The notes below the pieces were generated by a model that saw only the letters and a program-made list of their open reading frames with translations, did no database searches and was not told the DNA's origin. A stretch of DNA of 61,279 nt, the filler included. It is 5 parts of 5 records of this genome, joined end to end, with 100 filler letters (N's around TTAATTAATTAA, not from the genome) between each part and the next. Parts side by side here need not be neighbours in the genome. Positions count along the whole stretch, not along the records: positions 21,273 to 30,972 come from SRR31156797_5083; positions 31,073 to 41,266 come from SRR31156797_5085; 3 more parts are not named here. One strand, written 5' to 3'. The position numbers and the translations under genes were made by a program. Below, piece by piece: positions 26,343 to 35,627 of this stretch (its first letter is position 1; every line of letters starts with the position of its first letter).

Positions 26343-26358
26343 AGCAACATACATGCCA
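26343..26358 (-). promoter_or_regulatory. sigma54 (-24/-12) promoter of the PEP-CTERM gene
   Basis: Minus strand TGGCATGTATGTTGCT with exact GG-N10-GC spacing, about 60 bp upstream of the ATG. Confidence 0.75.
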
Positions 26359-26685
26359 ACCTTTTTTAATCCAATAAAACATAATTTACATAGTCAGATC
26401 ATCCCTGCCCTGGCAGTCCGTTTTTTTAAAAAGGGTTGATTTTGTAAAACTTCCGGTTCATTTAAAGCGTAACCGATAAGAATCCGGTTCACGATCAGCA
26501 AATTGGATTCGGCAAAACCATATAGACAACACCACCAAATAGAGCATTTTGGATACTTGACGTAATAGCAACTTCCGATCAGATCCGGGATGACCGGCCA
26601 TCGTTTTTTTTCTTCCCCCTTTATCTACCCGCCGCCTCCATGGTAGCATGGGTGGGTAACAACCGATTAAGAAAGGATATTTCCC

Positions 26686-27597
26686 ATGTTAAACACCATG
26701 ATGGCACGACTAATCCCCTTCCTTCCCCAGGAACTGGTGTGGATCTTTTCCAAACGCTACATCGCCGGCATCGATGTGAACGATGCCCTTCGGGTATCAA
26801 AAGAGTTGAACGATCAGGGCATGGCCGTGACCCTGGATATCCTGGGTGAATTCATCTTCACCATGGATGAGGCAAGGCAGAACACCAGGGCCTACCTGGA
26901 GCTACTCCAGGCCCTGGCGGAATCAGACATCAACGGCAACCTCTCCCTCAAACCCACCATGTTCGGCCTTCTCCTTGACAAGGAGGGATGCTACCGCCAC
27001 CTCTGGGAGATCGTAAGCAAGGCGGCGGAATGCAACATCTTCATCCGCATCGACATGGAGGATTCGGCCTGCACCTCCATGGAGATCGAACTGTTCCGAA
27101 GGCTGAAGACGGCATTTCCCAAGCATGTGGGCCTGGTGCTCCAGGCCTATCTCAAACGAACCCTCGGGGACCTGAACAACCTCATGGACCTTCACACGGA
27201 AGCGATTCCCCTGAACTTTCGCCTGTGCAAGGGCATCTATACGGAACCGGGCGCCATCGCTTTTCAGCAATACCATACCATCAACGCCCACTACCTCGAA
27301 GACCTTGAATTCATGTTCAAGAACAAGATCTATGCTGCCGTAGCCACCCATGACGCCTGCCTGATCCAAAAAACGTATTCCCTCATCGAACAATATAAGG
27401 TGCCAAAGGAGATGGTGGAATTCCAGATGCTCTATGGGGTGACGCCGAAGCTGAGGCAGTCCGTCCTTGATAAAGGGTACAGGATGCGGGTCTACGTCCC
27501 CTTTGGGGAGCAGTGGTTCGGCTACTCCACCCGGCGGCTCAAGGAGAACCCCACCATGGTGACCCACATCGTCAAGTCCCTGTTGATGAAAGGATAG
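26686..27597 (+). CDS. monofunctional proline dehydrogenase
   Basis: RYIAG, LDILGE, SLKPT, RIDMED, QAYLKR, RLCKGIY, ATHD, EFQMLYG, YVPFG..YSTRRLKENP. Confidence 0.95.
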   Translation: MLNTMMARLIPFLPQELVWIFSKRYIAGIDVNDALRVSKELNDQGMAVTLDILGEFIFTMDEARQNTRAYLELLQALAESDINGNLSLKPTMFGLLLDKEGCYRHLWEIVSKAAECNIFIRIDMEDSACTSMEIELFRRLKTAFPKHVGLVLQAYLKRTLGDLNNLMDLHTEAIPLNFRLCKGIYTEPGAIAFQQYHTINAHYLEDLEFMFKNKIYAAVATHDACLIQKTYSLIEQYKVPKEMVEFQMLYGVTPKLRQSVLDKGYRMRVYVPFGEQWFGYSTRRLKENPTMVTHIVKSLLMKG

Positions 27598-27731
27598 ATG
27601 ATCACGTAACAGGCCGCCGGGCCGCCGTTGATTTCATGGTGTCTCTCCCCTTGTGTTCGTCCCGGCGATCTTGTATGGTGACCCTTGCGTCATGAACGAA
27701 AAGGGCAACGATTCACTTGGAAGGAACAGTA

Positions 27732-28736
27732 ATGATCGATCTTAGAAGCGATACGGTAACGCAACCCTGTTCAGGGATGAGGACGGCCATGGCCAATGCC
27801 GAGGTGGGGGACGATGTCTATGGGGAAGACCCCACCGTCAACCGCCTGGAGGCCCTTGCAGCCGATATGACCGGTATGGAGGCGGCCCTGTTCTGCTCCT
27901 CCGGCACCCAGTCCAACCTGCTGGCTTTGATGAGCCACTGCGCCAGGGGCGACGAATATATCGTGGGCCAGGAAGCCCACACCTACCGGTATGAGGCCGG
28001 CGGAGCCGCCGTTCTCGGCAGCATCCAGCCCCAGCCCCTGGAACTTGAACCGGACGGCACCCTGGATCTCGCCAGGGTGGAAGAGACCATCAAGCCGGAT
28101 GATTTCCATTTTGCCAGAACCCGGCTGCTATGCCTTGAAAACACCCAGGGGGGCAAGGTCCTGCCCATGGCCTACCTGGAAGCGGCAAATGCGTTCACCC
28201 GGGAAAAAGGATTGAAATTCCACCTGGACGGGGCCAGGATCTTCAATGCCGCCGTCAAGCTGAACATACCGGCCAAAGAGATTGCCACCCGCTTTGACTC
28301 GGTTTCCGTATGCCTTTCCAAGGGCCTTGGGGCCCCGGTGGGTTCGGTGCTCTGCGCCGACCGGGCCCTGATAGAAGCGGCCAGAAGATGGCGGAAGATG
28401 CTCGGGGGCGGTATGCGCCAGGCCGGCATCCTTGCCGCGGCCGGCATATATGCCCTGGAAAACAATATCGAAAGGCTCGGGCAGGATCACGAAAATGCCG
28501 CACGCCTGGCAAAAGGACTTTCGGAAATCGACCCGCTCGAAATCGCTCCCGCCCCGGTCCGGACCAACATGGTCTTTGTCCGGGTAAAGAGCCGGGACAC
28601 GGCCCTTGGGGACTTCATGGAGCAGAAGGGCATTATCATGGACAAGGGCAACGACCTTCGCCTGGTGACCCATCTGAACGTATCATCCAGGGATATCGAC
28701 ACCGTTATCGCGGCATTCAAGGAGTTTTATAAATAG
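27732..28736 (+). CDS. ltaE: low-specificity L-threonine aldolase
   Basis: IDLRSDTVTQP, GDDVYGEDPT, HLDGAR, CLSKGLGAPVGS, GGGMRQAG. Confidence 0.95.
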   Translation: MIDLRSDTVTQPCSGMRTAMANAEVGDDVYGEDPTVNRLEALAADMTGMEAALFCSSGTQSNLLALMSHCARGDEYIVGQEAHTYRYEAGGAAVLGSIQPQPLELEPDGTLDLARVEETIKPDDFHFARTRLLCLENTQGGKVLPMAYLEAANAFTREKGLKFHLDGARIFNAAVKLNIPAKEIATRFDSVSVCLSKGLGAPVGSVLCADRALIEAARRWRKMLGGGMRQAGILAAAGIYALENNIERLGQDHENAARLAKGLSEIDPLEIAPAPVRTNMVFVRVKSRDTALGDFMEQKGIIMDKGNDLRLVTHLNVSSRDIDTVIAAFKEFYK

Positions 28737-28762
28737 ACTAAAAGCAAAGGGAACGCGCTGCC

Positions 28763-29671
28763 ATGGATTTTCAAAGTGTTGACGATGTGCAAAAACGGCT
28801 GGAGCAGGCTGACTATATCGCCTCAAAGGAGATCGCAACGGTGGTTTACATTGCCCTTGCAACGGAAAAACCGATCCTCATCGAGGGACCGGCGGGGGTG
28901 GGCAAAACCGAGCTTGCCAAGGCCGTGGCCACCTGCCTTGAAAGGCGGGTGATCCGGCTCCAGTGCTACGAAGGGCTTGACGAGGCAAAGGCCCTCTACG
29001 AGTGGGAGTACGCCAAGCAGCTCCTCTATACCCAGATGGTCAAGGACAGGATCAACACGGTGATCGACGATGCCGCCACCCTGTCCGAGGCCGTGGAGAA
29101 GATCGCAAGCCAGGAAGACGCCTTTTTCTCGGACCGGTTCATCCAGCCCCGGCCGCTTCTCCAGGCGATCCTCTCCCCGGACCCGGTGGTGCTCCTCATC
29201 GACGAGGTGGACAAGTCCGACCCGGAGTTCGAGGCGTTCCTTCTTGAGCTCCTGAGCGATTTCCAGGTCACCATCCCGGAGATCGGCACCCGGAAACCCG
29301 TGACCATCCCGGTGGTCTTTCTCACCTCCAACAACTACCGGGACATGAGCGACGCCCTCAAGCGGCGCTGCATCCACCTTTACATCGACTACCCCTCCCC
29401 GGAGCGGGAGATGGAGATCGTCCGGCTGAAGCTGCCCGACATCGAGGAAGAGCTTCTCAAACAGATGATCCGGGCCATCACCCGGATCAGGGGGCTGGAG
29501 ATCAAGAAAAAGCCCTGCATCTCGGAGTCCATTGACTGGGCAAGGGCGCTCGTCGCCCTCAACACAAAGGAACTCACCAGCGAAACCGTGGAGGAGACCC
29601 TCAACGTGGTGCTCAAGTACCGCCAGGACACAAAGGTGGCCAAACAGAGCATTGCCGGGATCGTGGGGTAG
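28763..29671 (+). CDS. MoxR-family AAA+ ATPase (CoxD-like)
   Basis: EGPAGVGKTELA, RLQCYEGLDE..LYEW.Y, LLIDEVDK, DALKRRC. Confidence 0.92.
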   Translation: MDFQSVDDVQKRLEQADYIASKEIATVVYIALATEKPILIEGPAGVGKTELAKAVATCLERRVIRLQCYEGLDEAKALYEWEYAKQLLYTQMVKDRINTVIDDAATLSEAVEKIASQEDAFFSDRFIQPRPLLQAILSPDPVVLLIDEVDKSDPEFEAFLLELLSDFQVTIPEIGTRKPVTIPVVFLTSNNYRDMSDALKRRCIHLYIDYPSPEREMEIVRLKLPDIEEELLKQMIRAITRIRGLEIKKKPCISESIDWARALVALNTKELTSETVEETLNVVLKYRQDTKVAKQSIAGIVG

Positions 29672-29674
29672 GCC

Positions 29675-30972
29675 ATGCTGAAAATCCTCACCGGATTTGC
29701 CGCCTGCTGCCGGGCCTTTGACCTCAGGGTCTCCACCAGCGAGGTGCTGGATGCCGCCCGCCACCTGGATCTTGTGGATACCCTGGAGCCCCGGGAGTTC
29801 AAGCTTGCGGTCCGTGCTAACTTTGCCAAGAGCCGCAGGGACCAGAGCCGGTTCGACTACCTGTTCGACCTCTATTTCCACGGGGTGCGCACGGACACGG
29901 ATGACACCCTGGCCCCTGAAATCGAGCGGATCACCCGGGCCCTTCGCCAAAGCAAAGCCCTTTCCGACGATCCCATGGAACAGGCCCTGGTGGATTTCCT
30001 GGACAACGATCCCCTGGCCTACATCGACCAGATCCACGCCCTTCACACCATGGAGGAGCGTCCCCAGAAGATCTTCAAATCCAACATGGGACAGCTCTCC
30101 AGCAAGCTCGGGGTGATGCTCCAGATCAACACCGTCAAGTCAAAAATCATGGCCCTGCTGGACCGGGGACAGCATGGGGAGCATGGCAATGCCGGCGCCC
30201 TCCGGGAGCATTTCACGGAACGCCTGGACCGGGCATTCGCCCTGGCAACCGAGGAGCCCCGGGAGCACAATGACGCCCTGAAAGAGAAGCCCCGGGACAC
30301 CCCCGGCGCCAACCGGCTCAAGGACAAGCCCTTTTCAAACCTGAGCCCCCTGGAGGTCGCTGAGATGCGAGCCGCCATCGAACGGCTGGTGAGGAAGCTC
30401 AAGGACCAGGTGGCAAGGCGCCATGCCGTCAAAAACCGGGGAGTGATCGACATCAAGAAGACCCTTCGCAACTCCGGAAAATTCCAGGGCGTGCCCCTGG
30501 ATATCGCTTTCAAAAACAAACCGCCCCGGAAGAGCAGCATCGTTACCCTGTGTGATGTTTCAGGCTCGGTCTGGTCCGGGGCAAGGTTCATGCTCACCCT
30601 GCTCTACTCCCTCCAGGAATGTTTTGCCCGGGTGAAAAGCTATGTTTTTGTCTCGGACCTTGTGGAGGTCACCGAGCTGTTCCAGGAACGGGATATCAAC
30701 GATGCCATTGAAAAAGCCCTGGACGACGGCACCATCAACCGCAACGCCCCCACCGATTACGGAAGCTGTTTCCAGCAGTTCAAGCACGATCACATGAACG
30801 CCCTCAACCAGAAGACCACCCTCATCATCCTGGGGGACGGCCGTTCCAACTACCTCAATCCCCAGGCCACCATACTCGGGGAGATGCGGGAACGCTGCCG
30901 CCGGATCATCTGGCTCAATCCGGAAACCGTCAACACCTGGACCACCGGGGACAGCGAGATCTCAAGCTACAA
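29675..30972 (+). CDS. vWA domain CoxE-like protein, 3' partial
   Basis: CDVSGSV MIDAS motif, TDYG, ILGDGRSN, WLNPE. Cut by the contig end. Confidence 0.9.
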
Positions 30973-31072
30973 NNNNNNNNNNNNNNNNNNNNNNNNNNNN
31001 NNNNNNNNNNNNNNNNTTAATTAATTAANNNNNNNNNNNNNNNNNNNNNNNNNNNNNNNNNNNNNNNNNNNN
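30973..31072. other. artificial contig linker
   Basis: N-run with TTAATTAATTAA. Confidence 0.99.
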
Positions 31073-31859
31073 CAAATGCGACATGGTCGACGACGAAGAG
31101 CTCCTCGAGCTGGTCGAAATGGAAATTCGTGAGTTGCTTGACAAGTACGAATTCCCCGGCGACGACATTCCGGTCATTCAGGGTTCCGCTCTGAAGGCTC
31201 TCGAATGCGATTCCGTTGATGATGAAGCTGCAAAGCCCATCTTTGAACTGCTCGCAGCTTGTGACTCTTACATCCCCGAGCCCGAGCGCGACATTGATAT
31301 GCCGTTCCTCATGCCCGTTGAGGATGTCTTCTCCATCTCCGGTCGTGGTACTGTTATCACTGGTCGTGTTGAGCGCGGTGTCGTCACCGTTGGTGAAGAA
31401 ATTGAAATCGTCGGCATCAAGGATACCATCAAGACTACCTGCACAGGCGTCGAGATGTTCCGTAAGTTGCTTGACCAGGGTCAGGCCGGTGACAACGTCG
31501 GTCTCCTGATTCGTGGCGTAAAGCGTGAAGAGGTGGAGCGCGGTCAGGTTGCTGCCAAGCCCGGTTCCATCAACCCGCACACCAAGTTCAAGGCTGAGGT
31601 CTATGTCCTCTCCAAAGACGAAGGTGGACGTCACACCCCGTTCTTCACCGGCTACCGCCCGCAGTTCTACTTCCGTACAACTGATATCACCGGTGTCGTC
31701 ACTCTGGACGACGGTGTCGAGATGGTTATGCCCGGCGATAACGCCACTTTTAATGTCGAGATGATTGCACCTATCGCCATGGAAGTTGGTCTCCGCTTCG
31801 CTATCCGCGAAGGTGGCCGTACTGTCGGTGCCGGTGTTGTCACCGAGATCGTGGAGTAA
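31073..31859 (+). CDS. tuf: elongation factor Tu, 5' partial
   Basis: [49 protein letters not shown]. Confidence 0.99.
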
Positions 31860-31861
31860 TC

Positions 31862-32011
31862 ATGCGCGTCAATATTCAGCTGCAATGCACCGAGTGCAAG
31901 CGTAAAAACTACGCAACGCAGAAGAACAAGAAGAATACTACCGGACGTTTGGAAGTGAAAAAGTATTGTCCTTGGGACAAGAAACACACGGTCCACAAAG
32001 AGTCCAAGTAG
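31862..32011 (+). CDS. rpmG: 50S ribosomal protein L33
   Basis: [49 protein letters not shown], 49 aa and below the ORF-track cutoff. Confidence 0.97.
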   Translation: MRVNIQLQCTECKRKNYATQKNKKNTTGRLEVKKYCPWDKKHTVHKESK

Positions 32012-32023
32012 TTTCGATAGAGC

Positions 32024-32100
32024 AGGGGTATAGTTCCAACGGCTAGAACGCCGGTCTCCAAAACCGGATGTTGGGGGTTCGAATCCCTCTACCCCTGCCA
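32024..32100 (+). tRNA. tRNA-Trp(CCA)
   Basis: AGGGGTA/TACCCCT acceptor stem, CCGGT-CTCCAAA-ACCGG anticodon arm, GTTCGAATC, encoded CCA end. Confidence 0.97.
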
Positions 32101-32182
32101 ACTTAGTCTTTGATAGCGGCGCGGGGTCTTGCTTGAAATATGGCAAGGCCCCGCAACCCGCTCAATAATTTGGGAAAGTGAT

Positions 32183-32440
32183 ATGGCCAGGAAAAAAAGC
32201 AAAAAGGTCTCTGAAAAGCAGGCCGCACAGGCTCAGGCAACCGGTCCGATGGGCAAAATCAAAGAACTGATGCAGTTCTTCGAAGAGTCCAAGGTCGAGA
32301 TCAAAAAGGTAGTCTGGCCCTCTCGCAAGGAGACAGTCACCACCTGCATCGCAGTGTTGGTCGTTTCCGTGGTCATTGCTATTTACCTGGGCGTGGTGGA
32401 CTTGGCGTTCTCCAAGATCGTCGAAGTCGTCCTGTCCTAG
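32183..32440 (+). CDS. secE: preprotein translocase subunit SecE
   Basis: EIKKVVWPSRKE plus one TM helix, in the usual synteny. Confidence 0.95.
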   Translation: MARKKSKKVSEKQAAQAQATGPMGKIKELMQFFEESKVEIKKVVWPSRKETVTTCIAVLVVSVVIAIYLGVVDLAFSKIVEVVLS

Positions 32441-32472
32441 GACCAAAGCTACTTGCAAAGGCTGGAAATATT

Positions 32473-33030
32473 ATGGATGCCACAATGGAAAACGCTTCTC
32501 CTCGCGGTCGCTGGTACATCGTTCACACCTATTCAGGGTTTGAACAACGTGTCGAGCTGACTGTTCGCGAGATGATGCGCACCGGACAGGACAAGGGCCT
32601 CATTGAAGAGGTTGTCATGCCTACCGAGAAGATCGTCGAGATGGTCAAAGGTGAGCGCAAGACGTCTACCCGCAAGTTCTATCCGGGTTACATCATGATC
32701 AAGATGATCCTGACAGACGACTCCTGGCATCTGATTCAGTCCATTCCGCGTGTTACGGGCTTTGTGGGCGGCAAAAATCGTCCTACCCCTATGCGCGACA
32801 GTGAGGCGGAAAACATCCTCAACATGATGGAAAGCCGCCAGGAGAAACCCCGTCCCAAGTTCAACTTCGAGCGCGGAGATGAGGTTCGGGTCATTGATGG
32901 CCCGTTCAGCGGCTTCAACGGTGTTGTGGAAGAAGTCAATTACGACAAGGGTAAGCTCAAAGTCTCCGTCTCTATTTTCGGGCGTCAGACTCCTGTGGAG
33001 CTCGACTTCGTCCAAGTGGACAAGGGATAG
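32473..33030 (+). CDS. nusG: transcription termination/antitermination factor NusG
   Basis: WYIVHTYSGFE, KFYPGY, KOW motif IDGPFSGF, IFGRQTPVEL. Confidence 0.98.
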   Translation: MDATMENASPRGRWYIVHTYSGFEQRVELTVREMMRTGQDKGLIEEVVMPTEKIVEMVKGERKTSTRKFYPGYIMIKMILTDDSWHLIQSIPRVTGFVGGKNRPTPMRDSEAENILNMMESRQEKPRPKFNFERGDEVRVIDGPFSGFNGVVEEVNYDKGKLKVSVSIFGRQTPVELDFVQVDKG

Positions 33031-33074
33031 CCCGGATATAATCGCTAACAGCGAATTTCTCATCGAGGAATACA

Positions 33075-33500
33075 ATGGCCAAGAAAGAATTAGGAAAGAT
33101 CAAACTGCAGATTCCCGCTGGCAGTGCCAACCCCTCCCCGCCGGTCGGTCCGGCTTTGGGTCAGCATGGTGTCAACATCATGGAATTCTGTAAGGCGTTT
33201 AACGCCAAGACACAGGACCAGAAAGGTCTGATTATCCCGGTTGTTATTACCGTTTATCAGGACCGTTCCTTCGATTTTATCACCAAAACTCCTCCGGCAT
33301 CTGTTCTGTTGCTTAAAGCAGCCAAGTTGGAGAAGGGTTCCGGTGAACCCAACAAAGAAAAGGTCGGCAAGGTCACCAAGGCTCAGGTCCAGGAGATCGC
33401 CGAACTGAAAATGGTCGATTTGAACGCCAATGACATTGAGAACGCCATGCTTCAGATCGAGGGCACAGCCCGTAGCATGGGTATCGAAGTCAAGGGTTAA
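33075..33500 (+). CDS. rplK: 50S ribosomal protein L11
   Basis: [23 protein letters not shown]. Confidence 0.99.
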   Translation: MAKKELGKIKLQIPAGSANPSPPVGPALGQHGVNIMEFCKAFNAKTQDQKGLIIPVVITVYQDRSFDFITKTPPASVLLLKAAKLEKGSGEPNKEKVGKVTKAQVQEIAELKMVDLNANDIENAMLQIEGTARSMGIEVKG

Positions 33501-33515
33501 TAGAGGAAATACACA

Positions 33516-34223
33516 ATGCCTAAGCATGGAAAAAAATACCGTAACGCCGTCGGTGAACGTGACACCGCCGCGCGAGTCGGTGTCGAGGAAGGCGTCAAGG
33601 TCACAGTCGAAGGTGCATTTGCAAAATTCGACGAGACTGTAGATGTCGCTATCAACCTCGGCGTGGATCCCAAGTACTCTGACCAGATGATCCGTGGTGC
33701 AGTTAGCCTGCCCAACGGACTCGGCAAAGATGTTCGCGTTGCCGTTTTCTGTAAAGGAGAAAAGGAAAATGAGGCCAAGGAAGCCGGTGCTGATTTCTTC
33801 GGTTCCGACGAACTGGTCGAAAAAATTCAGGGTGGCTGGCTCGATTTCGATAAAGCTGTCGCAACTCCTGACATGATGGCTGTGGTCGGTAAGATCGGCC
33901 GTGTGCTTGGTCCCCGTGGGCTTATGCCTAACGCAAAGACCGGTACTGTCACCATGGATGTTGCCAAGGCTGTCACTGAACTTAAGGCCGGTAAGGTCGA
34001 GTTCAAGGTCGACAAAGCTGGCGTCCTGCATGCCCCTATTGGCAAAATTTCTTTTGGAGCTGAAAAGCTTCTCGAGAATCTCAGGGCTCTGTTGGATATC
34101 GTCGTGCGCATGAAGCCGTCCTCTGCAAAGGGTACCTACATGAAAGCACTGGCTGTTTCCTCCACTATGGGACCGAGTGTCAAAATTGACCCGCTGACAG
34201 TCCGGAAATTCCTGGACGTCTAG
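33516..34223 (+). CDS. rplA: 50S ribosomal protein L1
   Basis: [25 protein letters not shown]. Confidence 0.99.
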   Translation: MPKHGKKYRNAVGERDTAARVGVEEGVKVTVEGAFAKFDETVDVAINLGVDPKYSDQMIRGAVSLPNGLGKDVRVAVFCKGEKENEAKEAGADFFGSDELVEKIQGGWLDFDKAVATPDMMAVVGKIGRVLGPRGLMPNAKTGTVTMDVAKAVTELKAGKVEFKVDKAGVLHAPIGKISFGAEKLLENLRALLDIVVRMKPSSAKGTYMKALAVSSTMGPSVKIDPLTVRKFLDV

Positions 34224-34241
34224 CAATAATAATTGAATACC

Positions 34242-34265
34242 GGACTCCCGTTAATTCGGGAGTCC
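34242..34265 (+). terminator. stem-loop after rplA
   Basis: GGACTCCCG-TTAATT-CGGGAGTCC. The U-tail is weak. Confidence 0.45.
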
Positions 34266-34290
34266 TGTAGATAATCGCACGGAAGGTTGA

Positions 34291-34340
34291 GTCAGAGACG
34301 GCAGGTGAGGGTTGTTACCCACTTAATACCCTGCTTAGAC
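34291..34340 (+). promoter_or_regulatory. L10 leader (autoregulatory RNA) core
   Basis: AGACGGCAGG...CCTGCTTAGAC upstream of rplJ matches the L10-leader pattern. Confidence 0.7.
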
Positions 34341-34384
34341 AACGCTTTGACCTGCTTTCCGGGCCGAACGACGAGGAGTGGTAG

Positions 34385-34906
34385 ATGAAAAGGCAAGAAA
34401 AAGCCCAGATCATCGAGCAGCTGCACGAAAAAGCTTCGCGCGCCAGCATCGCCGTCGTCACTGACTTCAAAGGTCTTTCTGTTGAAGAAATGACCATTTT
34501 GCGCGCTAAGTGCTTTGAAGTTGGCGTCGACTACCAAGTCGTTAAGAATACCCTGGCCCGGTTGGCTCTCAAGGATACCGAACACGGTGAATTGAGTGAA
34601 CACATGAAAGAGAACTGCGCTGTAGCTCTCGGGTACGACGATCCCGTCGCCCTTGCTAAAGCGCTGGCCGATTTTGGCAAGGAAAACAAAAAGTTTTCCA
34701 TGCGTTTCGGTACTCTGGAAGGCCAGTTTCTTGACAGCGACGGCGTAAAAGAACTCTCCAAGATGCCCAGCAAGCCTGAGCTTCTGAGTTCTGTACTTGG
34801 CACAATGCAGGCAGTGCCCCGCAATTTTGTGTGTCTGTTCGCAAACATCGAACGCAAGTTCCTGTATGCTTTGACAGCGATCAAAGATCAGAAAGAAGCT
34901 GCGTAA
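34385..34906 (+). CDS. rplJ: 50S ribosomal protein L10
   Basis: [17 protein letters not shown], synteny. Confidence 0.97.
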   Translation: MKRQEKAQIIEQLHEKASRASIAVVTDFKGLSVEEMTILRAKCFEVGVDYQVVKNTLARLALKDTEHGELSEHMKENCAVALGYDDPVALAKALADFGKENKKFSMRFGTLEGQFLDSDGVKELSKMPSKPELLSSVLGTMQAVPRNFVCLFANIERKFLYALTAIKDQKEAA

Positions 34907-34946
34907 ACAAGGTTCAAAGCGAATCAATTTTTAAGGAGAATTTATC

Positions 34947-35330
34947 ATGGCTGATATCACCAAAGAACAGGTTGTCGAATTCATCGGCAACATGACCGTC
35001 CTGGAACTGTCCGAATTCATCAAAGAACTGGAAGACGTCTTCGGCGTCGAAGCTGCTGCTCCCGCTGCTGCTGTCATGGCCGCTCCTGCTGCCGGTGGCG
35101 CTGCTGAAGCTGAAGAGCAGACTGAATTCGATGTCATCCTGAAGGGTGCTGGCGGCAACAAGATTGCAGTCATCAAGGCTGTCCGCGCTATCACCGGTCT
35201 GGGTCTGAAAGAGGCCAAGGCTCTGGTTGACGAAGCTCCCAAGGCTCTGAAAGAAGGCGTTGCAAAGGAAGAAGCTGAAGAAGCAGCCAAGCAGCTTGAA
35301 GAAGCTGGCGCCGACGTTGAAGTTAAGTAA
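34947..35330 (+). CDS. rplL: 50S ribosomal protein L7/L12
   Basis: [28 protein letters not shown]. Confidence 0.99.
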   Translation: MADITKEQVVEFIGNMTVLELSEFIKELEDVFGVEAAAPAAAVMAAPAAGGAAEAEEQTEFDVILKGAGGNKIAVIKAVRAITGLGLKEAKALVDEAPKALKEGVAKEEAEEAAKQLEEAGADVEVK

Positions 35331-35352
35331 CTTCGACTATTTAAGCTAATAT

Positions 35353-35398
35353 AGCAAAGAGCGCTCGCCCTTGCATGAAGGGTGTTGCGCTCTTTGCT
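35353..35398 (+). terminator. stem-loop/attenuator after rplL
   Basis: AGCAAAGAGCGC...GCGCTCTTTGCT inverted repeat. Confidence 0.55.
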
Positions 35399-35627
35399 CT
35401 GTATGTATATATACTGGTTTAATAGCCTTTTTATTTTTGGGTTCACACGCTGTAAGATATAAAGTCTGCTCCTCGTCGGTGTGCTGGGGTTTTGGTTCCA
35501 GCTACAGCTTATCTACCCGTTTTCCCGCGCCAAAATCATCATTTCGATGTGCGGTGCGCCTGACAGAGGGTAAGGGTCTCCCATAACCCCGCGCCCTAAC
35601 CATCAACCGCTCATGCATGAGGGTACA

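Noticed and set aside
28763-30972. MoxR/vWA pair as a novel system
   Set aside because: This is a well-known CoxD/CoxE-type chaperone pair and its client is not visible on the contig.
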